This document shows positions 30,701 to 42,776 of a DNA stretch of 55,655 nucleotides, piece after piece. The stretch's first letter is position 1; each line of letters begins with the position of its first letter. The notes under the pieces are model-generated. The model had not been told where the DNA came from and ran no database searches. It worked only from the letters and a program-made list of their open reading frames with translations. Origin of the DNA: Chromera velia (taxonomy: Eukaryota); contig JAHBMJ010000117.1 of assembly GCA_018398765.1 (NCBI GenBank), positions 1 through 55,655 of the forward strand, written 5' to 3'. The position numbers and the translations under genes were made by a program.

Positions 30701-33700
30701 CTCCACATTTTTTTCTGGGACCGCGCTCTCTCTCTGTCTCTCCGTTTGTCTATTCACTCACTCATGCACGCACGCATACGGAGAGTGCAGCACACACCTC
30801 TGGATACGGGCAGGCGACTTTACAGGTCAAATATCTTAAGGGTCTTTCCAGGACCCCCCTGAGTGCCTATCCACTGGCCTTGAGGGCCTCAAGTATACTT
30901 ATACGGGTATTTGTATAAACATAAATAAACACACCCCATTTATGCCACCCACGACCACCCCTCATTTGCGCAGGCTCTCTCCCCTCCCTCTTCCCGGCCG
31001 ATCGTTCGTTTTACATGAGCACGTGTATAAGTGGACAAGTATAAGTGAGAAACGATAGTAAGCAAATGCATTACACCCCTGTGCATGTATATATATGTCA
31101 CGGACCGAGTGCGTCCATGCGTCGTTGCATTCGATTTTTTATCCGATGCTTCACCGACTGCCTGCAGGATGCTAGCGGAGAGTAGGAGGGAGGACGGCAG
31201 GGTAGCTGGGGCAGCTGGATTGCATACCTCCGAACTGCAACAAGGCCAAAAGAGACGGACAAGGCTGTATAGGCATTGTGCTGAGGTGAGTGCCTGCAGG
31301 GCTGGATGGTGTATCTTGTACGACGAAGCCTTTGTCCGTGTGGTCTTGTGCTGTTGTGGTACCAATGTTGTCTTTGTGACATTCGCTGTCTCGCTGCCGG
31401 TGCGTGCATGGTACCCGCAAATAGTCCCTTCAGTTTACGGAATAAACGATAAATCAATCAGATATTATTGGTTCTTGTTTTATCATGTCCTCTTGCCCTT
31501 CTTTCTGTTTGCAAATGAATGCAGCGTTGGTTGAGGTCTTTAATTGCTGCGTCGGTGGGGAGAGTGGAGGGAGGGGTGGGAGGGCATCTGCCGGTGGTGG
31601 CCGGGAAGAGTCCGAACCTCGGCGCACTTGGGGCTGGTAGAAGATCTGTGGAAGAGAGTGGTCAGTAAGTGCATGAGTGAATGAGTAACTGATTGAGTGG
31701 GTCCTCTTATGTTTAAAAGAAAGAGAGCATTGTATGGTTGATAGTATGAGGTATGTCCAGTCATGTAAGTGGGCGCCCATGCACACCCGCCCCTCCCACC
31801 TACATGCCCGGCCACAGTTCCGCCCCTTTCCCATTATGACTGTCACTGTCTTGAGAGACGTCAGCTGAGCGGTCTGTCTCTCCCTATGTAGCTCTGCACA
31901 TCCCGGGTCGACCGCCCTCACTCAATGCACGCTTGGCTTTTCTGTCAGTGTTGTACGGTCTCTCTTCTTTCCTAGCTGCATGCATGGGCTCATGTATGTT
32001 ACGGCCGTTGTGGTCTTCTTCAATTTGTGTATGTTGATTCTCTAGCTGTATGTCTTCTTTCATTCAAACTGGCTGCAGAGTGGTGTTGAACTTCCCCCCG
32101 TCGTGTTTTTGATGTGGGGGGGCGGCTACATGGAGGGCTGGAGGTCGGGGTAGGGGAACTCTGGGGGAGAGGTCTGTGGAGAGAGGGAGAGTCCGACCCT
32201 TAATGGAAGGGCGTGGGTGTTGGGGTTCTTTCTGCTTCTTGGCCGGACAGAGGAGAGGAGAGGAGGGAGGAAGGGACGCCAGGAGCTTTGAGCATGAGTG
32301 TGACTGGACATTTCTCTTCTTTCCTTCTCTGTGCATCTTCTTGTTCTCTGTCTGCTGCTGGTGTCTCTTTTCAGACACCTCACGCATGCAGTCAGTCAGA
32401 ATGAATGAATGATGCCTGCATAAACTGACTGTACTGACAATTAAAACTTCTGTACTAGAAAGTGACTTTTAATTTTTTATATATTACACTAAATTTTATA
32501 TAAAAAATTAAGTCTTTAAAGCACTTAGAATGATTCTATTTATTGTTTCTTACCTGTATGAAAGTATGAACAACTTTTAAAGATAAGGTTTAATGGGTTT
32601 GTGGTGTATATGTTAGAAATTATTGGACGAAAGAGTTATAGTATATTGATATGTCGGGGAGTGATTACAGACTCTGCAGGCATGTGACAATGCGCAGTGT
32701 AATGCACAAACAAGCTAACTTTTACTTTTAATGGAATACGCTGAATCTGCATACTGATATAAGGAGGGAGCACACAGCGGGCAACCCCCATGAAAGGTAA
32801 GAATGAATGTCCGCAAACAGATCTGCCGATTTAATACCCACAGAAAGCAGTTCCACCAAATAAATGTTGAGCACTATGACCGTGCAAGAGGTAAATGCTT
32901 AGCTTTTAAAAGTCTGATCGATCTATGGTCTCTAGCCAGAGGGCCTTGCGCATGACCGGCCATCATAGCGTTCTTGGTGAGGCCCGGCACTAGCCACTGG
33001 GTCTTAATCCACCCAGGAGCCCTACCTCCAAATTCTCATGCAAACAAGAGCTATGCCTCACTCCCTCAACTTCAGATCACCCGAGATTATCAGTCGTAAT
33101 GCTTCCTTACGAAACCTAAGCACCGACAAACGGTCCTCCAAGAAAGGCTCAGTCTGACCTGCAGCACAGATATGCAAAAATTCATAAAGTGGCTCACCTT
33201 CTAGCCATCCAAAGCTGGCCCCCCTAGCTGGCCCCCTCATCTAGAAAGCCTTTCCAGCTCCTCATCTAGAGCTTGTTAGAGCGCATGCACGGAAGGGATT
33301 CAATGGAAGCTTTATTGGGGCAACTTCGTAGGCCCCTTTGCGTGGAGACGGGCCGTGCCCTTCGTGATGGAAGATCGAAATTGCCCTCTCAAGACAACCA
33401 GTAGAGTGAATGTCATAAACCCAAGAAAAAGCAAAGAAACCAATCTTTTAGGCTTTCGATAAAGCCTACTTTTATCGCTAGAGAGCAAGTCTGTGTGACG
33501 GGAGAGAGACGGTACTAGGTCGTGCTCTGATCAACTTGAAACATTCGACGGAAAGCCGATTTTGGGAGCCGATTTTAGATTGGCCAACCATATGTGACAG
33601 CCCCAGAAGGCAAGCTACGCGTTGTGGGCCAGGGCCCGGCCGGCCACCAAGGCCAAAAAGCACTTCCCAGCTGCGCGCTGACCCATCAAAATGCCGATCT

Positions 33701-34052
33701 GAAAAATTCTCAGTCAGGTCTTTAGAAAGTTCTCCTCCACTCAGAAAGTCGGGTCAACAGAATGGGCCTCTATCCACAAAATCTTGTTGTTAAACATTCC
33801 ATTGAATTGTATTGGATGGCTTGACAACGACGAAATCATGTTCAGCTTCTTATTCCAGAACCTTATTTTTGGAGGGGTTACAGATTCCGGAGTTTTGTCC
33901 CCCTCTGGTATCTGTGTTAGCTGAACACCTCTGGTTGCTCGTGGGAGTGGTTGCCTCGGTGCAAAGGAGTTGTCCGACAACTAGAAGGGTTGCCAGACTG
34001 GTTTAGATCGCGCAATCAGGTCAGTTCATTTTATGTCATTCCACTAGCAACA

Positions 34053-34290
34053 AGAGGGGGTGGACCCTCTCGCAGGGGTATGAAACGACCGAATTTTGTA
34101 CCCCTGGTGGAGGGGGGAGGTCCAACCTGCTCTGCAGGTTTGCGTTCAAAATGTATCTAGGAAACACTCCTAGATACATTTTAGACGCAAACCTCCAGAG
34201 CAGGTCGGACCCCCCCCCTCCACCAGGGGTACGAACTAGGGTACGAAACTCGGTCGTTTCGTACCCCTGTGAGAGGGTCCACCCCCCCCT
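34053..34290. repeat. ~240-bp near-perfect palindrome (foldback/MITE-like)
   Basis: Arms GGGGGTGGACCCTCTC..AAATGTATCTAGG and CCTAGATACATTT..GAGAGGGTCCACCCCC around a short loop near 34165. Confidence 0.85.
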
Positions 34291-34659
34291 CCCAGTAAGG
34301 GAATTGAAAAAATCTTATTTGCAAAGATGAGCCTTCTTGGTGCATGCAGAAGGCTTTGTATGATGTCTGTAAGTGTTTCTGTGTGGTTGTAACCTGGCTA
34401 TTCTGGTTGCTGAGCGACTGACCGGCCTGCCCTCGGCAAGGCAAAAAACTGTCATCTCCCTTTGCGTGTGTTGCTCACCCCTTCCCCCCTTCTCTGCTCT
34501 TTACAGGTCGTTGGTTTCATTTGGGAGATGTTTGTTCTGGGCCCCAGGCTTTTTTCAACTCCTCTAGAAGTAGGTCTTTATATCTTCGTTGCGGCCGCAG
34601 TCTTCAGACTACGAAAGGGAGCAGCGCCCATATGTGCTGAGCCTGTGTTTTTTTCTACT

Positions 34660-35390
34660 GGCCTGACTGCCTCTAAAATTTCGTCCTTCTTGCCTGCTTG
34701 ACTGCCCTCTAGCTTTCAGCCTTTCTGTCTGGCTAAATGCCTTCTCAATTTTAGCCTTTCCGCCCGCCTTATTGCCTTCCTAATTTTGGCCTTCGCCGCG
34801 CTCCCAATTTTGGTCTTCCTACCTGCCCGATTGCCTTCCCAATTTCGGCCTTCTTGCCTGTCTGACTGCTTCCCAGAGTTTTGCATTCCTGCTATGCTGA
34901 CTGCTTTCCGATTTCGGCCTTCTTGCCTGCCTGACTGCCTTCTAAATTTCAGTCTTTCTATCTGTCTCAATGCTTTCTAAATTTTGGCCTTTCTGTCTGC
35001 CTGCCTGACTTTGCAATTTCGGCCTTCCTGCTTGTCCAGTTGCCTTCCCAATTTCAGCTTTCCTGCCTGCCTGATTGTCTTTCGTTTTTTAGCCTTCCTT
35101 TCCGCCCAAGTTTCCTCCTAACACTTCCTAATTTCGGTCATCCTACTTGCCTGATGGCCTTCCCAATTTTGTTCTTCCTGCTGGCCCGACTGTCTTCCCA
35201 AGTTCGGCCTTCTTGTGTATTTGACTGCCTCCCAGAGTTCGTTCTTTCTGCCTATGTGCCTGCCTTCCAATTTTAGTCTTCTTGGCGGCCTGACTGCCTT
35301 CCAATTTCAGCCTTCCTGCCCGCCTGATTGCCTTCCCGATTTCGGCCTTCCTGCCCATCCGATTGCTTTCCCAATTTCGGTCTTCCTACT
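34660..35390. repeat. 35-bp minisatellite, ~20 degenerate copies
   Basis: Approximate consensus CCTGCCTGACTGCCTTCCCAATTTCGGCCTTCCTG. Register confirmed at 34664, 34699 and 34734. Confidence 0.85.
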
Positions 35391-36092
35391 TTCATATATC
35401 ATTCTGATGCAAATTAAAGATACAGGTTGTATTTGTATACATGCTTTTATGTGTATTCTGGCGATTTGACTGACTTTCTGTTTGTATACACGTATTTCTG
35501 CAGGTGGCGTTCATGGGTGTGCATGTTTGATATATACTGAGATGCCTCCCCCCCCCTCTACCCCTGACACACCCACCTTTGAGCAGTGCTTCATATGAAT
35601 TGAAAACAAAACAGTTATGATCATGAGAAGAAATGCTTCAATCGGACCGATTCAGAGCCATTTAGATGCATTTTTTATTGTGTTTTCATCTTAACATTAA
35701 TTTACGATGATAGGTACCAGATAATTCATGGTTTTGAAAAAATATATACTCTATATATACATTTTTTTATTTCATTTTTTAAACATCTTACTAAGTTTAA
35801 ACAGTTTTCAATAAATTATGAAAATCAATTAGTTTAAAGGTTAAACTATTTATTTTAATGTTTTAAGAACTAAATTTTTCAAAGTCACTTTCCAGTATAA
35901 AAGTTTCAATTGTCAGTACAGTTAGTTCATGCCTGTCGGGGAGCACATGCATGAGGGAACAGACACACTCTGAGTACGGCTTCAGGCGGTGGTAGCCTAA
36001 CCTGTGATCGAGACAAGCCCAGGGTCCCGCGTGTGTTTCCCGTTCAGTTTCGATCACTCCCTCGTTTGTTTGCTTCATTGGCATATGTCAAG

Positions 36093-37740
36093 CTAGAGGG
36101 TTGTACTATGGGTATACCTAAGCTTCACCCCTAACTTTTTCTATATCCTTTTACACTATATATTATATCCCAAGTTATAAGGTTAAAACTAGCAGATAAA
36201 ACACATTCTGAAGTGTTATGTTGGGCTATTTTCAAGCTTTAGTTCAACTTCAGTCTTGGAAAATGTCAGTCCAAAGTCGTATTGCCAGGTTCTGTTGGGC
36301 TTGTTGCCTGTTAGGCTCTGTTGGGCCTTTCATCAGCTGCATGACAGGTCATGAAGCCCAACAGTGCCCAACAGAGCCCAACAAGGTCCCCTCCCTTCCC
36401 TACAAGCTTGTCTCACACGCCAGGTCCACGTATCAAAGCATATGAATACAACAGACACCATTTAAGACATTCAGCGCTGCACATTGGTGCAGTATGAGCC
36501 TGAAACTCTTCGTAAAACGTTTACAATACGCCAAAGAAAATGGAGACAGACCTGCACACACAAGGCAGATAAATGCATACTCCTAATGCTTAACCTTTCC
36601 AACTCATTCATCAAGTCATCCCTCTTCATCGGCAGTCATTTCGGAGTGATCAGTTTCATTCCACAGACGAATTAAACGTTTTATTTCCTTCATCATGATT
36701 GTGCGTGTTATATATGTTGGGAGTGTTTGTTGAGCTGTTAGGCCATGTTGGGCTTTCTTGTTGGGCGTGTTATGTGTTGGGCGTGTTGGGTGCCCAACAG
36801 CTTCCTGGCAAGGTGAAGCCCAACCTAGAGCCTAACAGTACAACAAGCCCAACAGCCCAACAAAACTTGGCGACACGAAGTTTTTCATAAAAATGAATAC
36901 ATGTTTCTAGTCCAACATAAAAACTAATGTTACTGTCATATTTTTTGTAATTTATAGTTTTTAATTTTTTATGAAACTTCTTGCATAACATTCCTAGATT
37001 TTTGTCTGTTTTTCTTTAAAGTCAGGGGTTATGATCTACCTATATGTAGAGTGCGGCCCTCTAGGGTCCTTTTCCTTCTCTACAAGCTTGTTTTACACGC
37101 CAGGTCCACATATCAAAGCATATAAATACAATAGACACCATTTAAAACATTCAGTGCTGCACATTGGTGCAGTGTAAGCCTGAAACTCTTCGTAAAACGT
37201 TCACAATATACCAAAGAAAATTGACACAAACCTGCACACACAATATTATTCAGAGAGGGGACTGTTTAAAAGAAAATTGGTATGGGTTGAGAGGGAAGAG
37301 GCGGCTGGTGCTGCTGCTTCTGGGTCCTCTCTGGTGACCTGGGCTGACTGCTAGAACACCAACAGTGTTTTATATTGTTCTAGTATTCTTCCAAATCATT
37401 CTCATCATTATGATTGTACGTGTTATGCATGTTGGGAGTGTTTGTTGGGCTGTTGGGCCATGTTGGGCTTTCTTGTTGGGCGTGTTGGGCGCCCAACAGC
37501 TTCCTAGCAAGGTGAAGCCCAACAGTACAACAAGCCCAACAGCCCAACAAAACTTGGCAACATGAAGTTTTTTATAAAAATGAATGCATGTTTCTAGTCC
37601 AACATAAAAACTAATATTACTGTCATGTTCTTTGTAATTTATAGTTTTTGGTTTTTTATGAAACTTCTTGCATAACATTCCTAGATTTTTGTCTGTTTTT
37701 CTTTAAAATCAGGGGTCATATATAGAGTGTAGCCCCCTAG
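36093..37740. mobile_element. MULE-like non-autonomous element with 9-bp TSD and duplicated right end
   Basis: Termini CTAGAGGG / CCCCCTAG. TSD TATGTCAAG (36084-36092) and TGTGTCAAG (37741-37749), with a single copy at the empty site in other array units. An internal terminus CCCTCTAG ends at ~37064 and is followed by a repeat of ~36385-37064. Confidence 0.85.
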
Positions 37741-39701
37741 TGTGTCAAGTCTCCTCTTTTGATCCTGAACTCCCGCCGACTTCGCTTTGCTTTGCTTTGC
37801 TTTGCTCTGCTTGACTGACTGGCTGGTTAAGTGCATGGAGGCAGACAGGAAGGCGATATATAGATGAGACCATGGATATGATATAAGTCTGCGCGCATCG
37901 TGAGCTAAAGTAAGCACTCTCAGGCAGGAATCGAGTAAGCTAACGTCCAATCAGACGCTCCACATTTTTCTTCGGGACCGCGCTCTCCCTCTGTCTGTCT
38001 GTTTGTCTATTCACTCACACACGCACGCATGCACGCACACGGAGAGCGCGGCACACACCCCTAGATATGGTCAGGCGACTTCACAGGTCAAATGTCTCAA
38101 GGGTCTCTCGAGAACCCCCTTGAGTGCCCATCTACTGGCCTTGAGGGCCTCAAGTATACTTATACGGGTATTTGTATAAATATAAATAAACACACCCCAT
38201 CTATGCCACCCACGACCACCCTTCATTTGCGCAGGCTCTCTCTTGGTGGTGTATCTTATGCGACGAAGCCTTTGTCCGTGTGGTCTTATGCCGTTGTGGT
38301 ACCAATGTTGTCTTTGTGACCTTTGCTGCCTCGCTGCCGGTGCGTGCATGGTACCCACGAATAGTTCCTTTGGTTTACAGAATGGACGATAAATCAATCA
38401 GATATTATTGGTTCTTGTTCCATCATGTCCTCTTGCCCTTCTCTCTGTTTGCAAATGAATGTAGCATTAGTTGAGGTCTTTGCTGCGTCGGTGGGGAGAG
38501 TGGAGGGAAGGACGGGAGGGCATCTGCCGGTGGTGGCCAGGAAAAGTCCAGATCTAGGCGCACTTAGGGCTAGCAGAAGATCTGTGGAAGAGAGCGGTCA
38601 GTAAGTATGTGAGTGACTGAGTGAGTGACTGATTGAGTGAGTCCTCTTGTGTTTAAAAGAAAGAGAACATTGTATGGTGGATGGTATGAGGTGTGTCCAG
38701 TCATGTAGGTGGGCACCATGTATACCCGCCCCTCCCGCCTACATGCCCGCAGTTCCGCCTTTTTCCCATCGTGACTGTCACTGTCTTGAAAGACGTCAGC
38801 TGAGCGGTCTGTCTCTCCCCATGCAGCTCTGCACATCCCGGGTCGACCGCCCTCACTCAATGCACGCTTGGCTTTTCTGTCAGTGTTGTGCGGTCTCTCT
38901 TCTTCCTTAGCTGCATATATAGCCTCATGCATGTTACGGCCATTATGCTCTTCTTCAAAATTATGTGTGTTGATTGTCTAGCTATGTGTCTTTTTTCGTT
39001 CAAACTGGCTGTAGAGTGGTGTTGAACTTCCCCCCGTCGTGTTTTTGGTACAAGGAGGCGGCTGTATGGAAGGCTGGAGCTAGGGCTGGAGGTCGGGGTA
39101 GGGGAACTCTGGGGGAGAGGTCTGTGGAGAGAGGGAGGGTCCGACCCTCAATAGAAGGGCGTGGGTGTTTGGGTTCTTTCTGCTTCTTGGCCGGACAGAG
39201 GAGAGGAGAGGAGGGAAGAGGGGAAGCCAGGAGCTTTGTGCATGAGTGTAACTTGACGTACATTAAAATCTATCTAAAAATTGAGAATTGGTTTAATTGC
39301 AAGGTATGGGTGACTGAGCCACATTTTAGATTTTCTGCCGCCAATTTTCGGGATGTGGCTACATATGATGTAGCCAACGCATAGTTTAAATTAGTTTGAA
39401 TCTGTCTGAAAAACATGGTACATATTGGAGTGTAAATGTATGTAGGTGTAAAAGTAACTTGAATTAACAGTTCTAGCTAGTTCTGATGAGAATTGTATTA
39501 ATGTATTATAGGTTTATATAGATTCAATTATATTGCGTGAGTTCTAACTCATCAATCAATCAATCATTGTGATAGATATATTATGCTGTTAGATAGCTAG
39601 GTTGCAAAAAAATGATATTTAAGTTACAAACCTCAATTAGAATATTTTAAAATATTTGAATGTATTGCAATCTTGATCTTCTTACTAGTAGTCCAACTTT
39701 C

Positions 39702-39775
39702 ATTGAATTGATTCAATTAAATTGAATTGAGGCAGTTAAAGCTAGTGAGCACACTACTTGGGCTCTGGCCAACTG
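39702..39775 (-). mobile_element. Retroelement-like 3' tail (family B)
   Basis: (TTGAA)n then GTTAAAGCTAGTGAGC..GGGCTCTGGCC, similar to 7482-7560. Confidence 0.4.
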
Positions 39776-41283
39776 TGAGGTATGACATACATTGTTTATT
39801 TTTATTGATAAACCAACTGTCACCAGCAATAACCAGCAATATTAGTTTTATCATGTTTCTGATATTAATTCATCATCGGTTTCATCGTTTTTTATGATCG
39901 TCTTTTTAAAGTTGGGATATTAATAGGATTAATGCCTGGAGGATTGGCCTTTCGTACCCTCCCGCCCTAATGCTAAATGTCCGAGCTGTGCGTTCTAACG
40001 AAACTTAGCGTACGCGTGAATGCAAACAGGTTTGACACAAAATTTTAATTTATATGCAACAAAATGCATGAGCACTGACTTGTAGAGTCACTGTTGTATG
40101 AATGATGAAAGGTGTCATGGCTGTGGGCAGGTCTGGAACACTCCGAGTCGACATGCAGAGGCATGCAAGAAGGGGGGGCTAGTACACAGATCGAAGGTAT
40201 GATGAGGCAGTGTTGGCATTGAAAGCGTTGCTGGAAGAGGCAGAGTTTTGGGTCACTCTCGATGCAGTGATCTGAAGAAGGGGAGAGACCGTGGGGAGGA
40301 AAGGGTTAGAGGGGGATCTCAGGATTCGTTTGCTGTTCAACTCTTAGCGTAACGGAATCCTTGATGTTCGGCTGGCTAATTGCGACCAGCAGAGCTACCT
40401 CAGGATGGGAGTGGCAGAGATTCTTGTAGCGTACGAAAGGTAGAAGAATGAGTTGTACTGGGGAGCGTGTATGGAAGCTCGCACGGATTTTGCACCGTTT
40501 GTGGCCTCTATGGATGGGGCACTTGGTCCTGCGGCAATGGCCGTATTGAGAGTGGCAGTCCATGAAATCTCTCAGAAAACAGGGATGTCGGCAATGGGAG
40601 TAGGTGGTGCAGTGAAGGCTCGTATGCAAAGAGCGATCTTGCAAGCATCCGTCTACTGCATGCGGGGGGAGTAGCGACCTTGCAGACAGGCAGTGGAGGG
40701 GTGTTTCAGTTTAGCAGGATCGATTGCAGCAATGCAGGCCCCTAGAGACGATGGTGACTAGGGTTAGGCCCCTAGGCAGGCCTAGCATTTGCATCTAATA
40801 AAAACGACTACAAAGTAAAATATATATACTGCATACACTTGAATTTTGCAATTTCATCATAGGATGCGATTCGGGATTTATTTTTTTGAAAAAAAAAAAA
40901 TGTTTTCAGATGCATGCTGGGGGCCCCTAACATATTGGGGAAGGGGCCCCGGCACTCCACTTCCACATCTAATGACTTTCCGGGGCCCGATTCAATTTGT
41001 TCGAAATTTAGATTCAGATCTGACAGACTAAACTTCGTCAGATGTGAATCTGAATTTCAAACAAATTGAATCGGGCCCCGGAAAGTCGTCGGGCATACAA
41101 GTGGAGTGCTGGGGCCCCTTCTCCAATATGTTGGGGGCCCCCAGCATGCATTTCAAAACTTATTTTTTTTTATTCAAAATTAATCCAAATCAAGTGCACT
41201 GGTAGTCGTAGGATAGATAAAGATGAAACAAATTGACAAACTAATGATTGAGGGTTTTTTCATGTATGCCGCGTCGCCATATA

Positions 41284-41657
41284 TACCAAATTACGTTTGG
41301 GATTGCAAATGTGAAAAATATTTTTATCGCGGAAACAGTTTTTTCAGACTTGCAACATGTTTCTGATAATATTCGTAAAGTCTGTACAAATTTTCAAGTT
41401 TGTACGCGTGACCAATTACGTTTGCAAAAAATATGAAAATTCAAAGTCGGGCGGCCCTGGAAAACGAATCCTGACTTTGAATTTTCATATTTTTCGCAAA
41501 CGTAATCGGTGGCGCGTACGAACTTAAAAATTTGTACAGACTTTACAAATATTATCAGAAACATATCGCAAGTCTTAAAAGACTGTTTACACGATAAAAA
41601 TCTTTTTCACATTTGCAATCACAATCGTAATCGTGCCAAATTGAGTTGCGCTTGGTA
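41284..41657. mobile_element. Palindromic MITE, TA target (Tc1/mariner-like)
   Basis: TACCAA...TTGGTA ends and ~165-bp inverted arms. The empty site CCATATATGAG is visible in the copy near 1369-1379. Confidence 0.85.
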
Positions 41658-41840
41658 TATGAGAAGCGGATCTAACCTAGTTTGTCGATTTGTTCCATCC
41701 TACGACTACCAGCGACGAAAATAGGTATGACTTCGATCACCCTGATACAGCTAATCAATCGCAGCCTCACAAGAGGTTGGACAATCAAAAGAAAGAAAAA
41801 AGAGACAGAGGGGATGCAGGGTAGAACCTTCGACAAACTA

Positions 41841-42216
41841 CTGTATGTTCAATAATTCACCGCAAAATTTCAAAAGATGTAACTTTGCAACGATGAAGAG
41901 TTAGAAGCTGAAACTTTTTGTGTGTAAACTCCCACTGATATACAACCAATCCTTGAAAAATATGTGTATTGACACAGCGGAGTCATAAGCAATCTTTTTT
42001 AATGCTTTGTGAAAAACTTAGGTTTTTTGTTTGGAAGTCCGATTTTGCATATTTTTTTTTTCTGATTATCTAAAGATTGTGAAGCACTCTAGAGAGCAAA
42101 AGTACGAATTCCAACCCCCGGCTGTATGTTTCTTTGCACGGCTATTTTAGAACATCTTTCCTGAATATGTGAGATTTTTTTAAATTTTTTTCAAACTCTA
42201 TTTATTGAACATACGG
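41841..42216. mobile_element. MITE with 15-bp TIRs, TA target (Tc1/mariner-like)
   Basis: CTGTATGTTCAATAA ... TTATTGAACATACGG flanked by TA. Removing it restores GACAAAC-TA-GGTTAGATCC as in other family-A copies. Confidence 0.85.
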
Positions 42217-42776
42217 TAGGTTAGATCCGCCTCTCATATATGGGGACGCGGCATGCATGAAAAAACCCTCAATCATCAATCAAGTGCGCTGTGCAAATTT
42301 CAGCCGAACGCGGTATATTAAAAAAAAAAAAAAAAAATGATGTCATCTGTTGTTCACCTGGGAACTTCACCATTGTTCACGTGACATTGCAGATGATTGC
42401 CCACAGTTGCTGAGTAGATAGGTCCGACGTACCATGTCCGACCACATACATTTTTACACTTGAAGGCATCTACCACGGTGTGCAGACCACGTCAGTACAA
42501 AGACACATCATCACGGTAAGGTGTGTCAGGCAAACAATTCATTCATCTACGGAGAAAGTGAAAAAGATCGAAAGATACTGGCAGGTAGACGGGCGGGATT
42601 CTTCTCTGTGGCACGCGCTCCTGCACTTCACACCCTCTGCCCACCCCCTGTAAAAGGCAGAAGATTCATTAAGACTCAATTTAAGAGACAGATGATGCTG
42701 CCGTGAGGCTTCTGTAGACTTTTGTCAATCACAGTCGAGTCATTCGAGTTGCCTGATTCGTCTGTTTGTGAAACAC

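Larger units (their letters stand above)
32423..35927. mobile_element. TIR DNA transposon (AAC...GTT termini, 4-bp TSD CATG), non-autonomous or decayed
   Basis: ~48-bp TIRs AACTGACTGTACTGACAATT...GAAAGTGACTTT. Flanks are CATA (32419-32422) and CATG (35928-35931). The empty site in array copies 1 and 2 has a single CATG. Confidence 0.9.
27946..39253. repeat. Head-to-tail tandem array, ~2.09-kb unit, ~3.1 copies; copy 3 interrupted by two TEs
   Basis: The motif G(T/C)ATGGAGGGCTGGAGG recurs at 27951, 30038, 32128 and 39064 with colinear downstream sequence. Copy 3 is split by 32423-35927 and 36093-37740 and has an internal deletion near 38240. Confidence 0.92.
41198..42277. mobile_element. Composite of tail-family-A retroelement fragments (plus and minus copies)
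   Basis: Bracketed by direct repeat AATCAAGTGC (41188-41197, 42278-42287). Minus copy at 41244-~41770. Plus copy ends ...AAAAACCCTCAATCATC at 42277. Confidence 0.7.
40827..42315. mobile_element. Foldback/MITE inserted at TA in the CRE 3' UTR
   Basis: Long palindrome at ~40870-41190 centred near 41030. Outer arms TACTGC..GAATTTTGCA and TGCAAATTTC..GCGGTA resume after a nested insertion. TA on both flanks. Confidence 0.75.
40108..42337 (+). mobile_element. 5'-truncated CRE-like (RLE-encoding) non-LTR retrotransposon; 3' UTR interrupted by nested TEs
   Basis: 40110-40674 translates (one frameshift, several stops) to CHGC..H..CKKGG..RRYDE (zinc knuckle), GDLRIR..ILDVRLANCDQQSY..E..K..Y..C..FAPFVASMDGALG..RMQRAILQA..CMRG, typical of a restriction-like endonuclease C-terminus. 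Poly(A) at 42320-42337. TSD AATGATG at 40101-40107 and 42336-42342. Confidence 0.85.

Noticed and set aside
27946..32420. LTR retrotransposon or TRIM interpretation of the direct repeats
   Set aside because: Units are directly head-to-tail with no TG..CA ends, PBS/PPT or gag/pol sequence.
34660..35390. 35-bp repeats resembling a CRISPR array
   Set aside because: Units are contiguous and degenerate with no unique spacers, there are no cas genes, and the context is eukaryotic.
41244..42277. Outward-facing family-A copies read as TIRs of a single DNA transposon
   Set aside because: The same sequence occurs singly at 1339 and at 18479-18637 with a 12-bp TSD and a simple-repeat tail, which fits a retroelement 3' end better.
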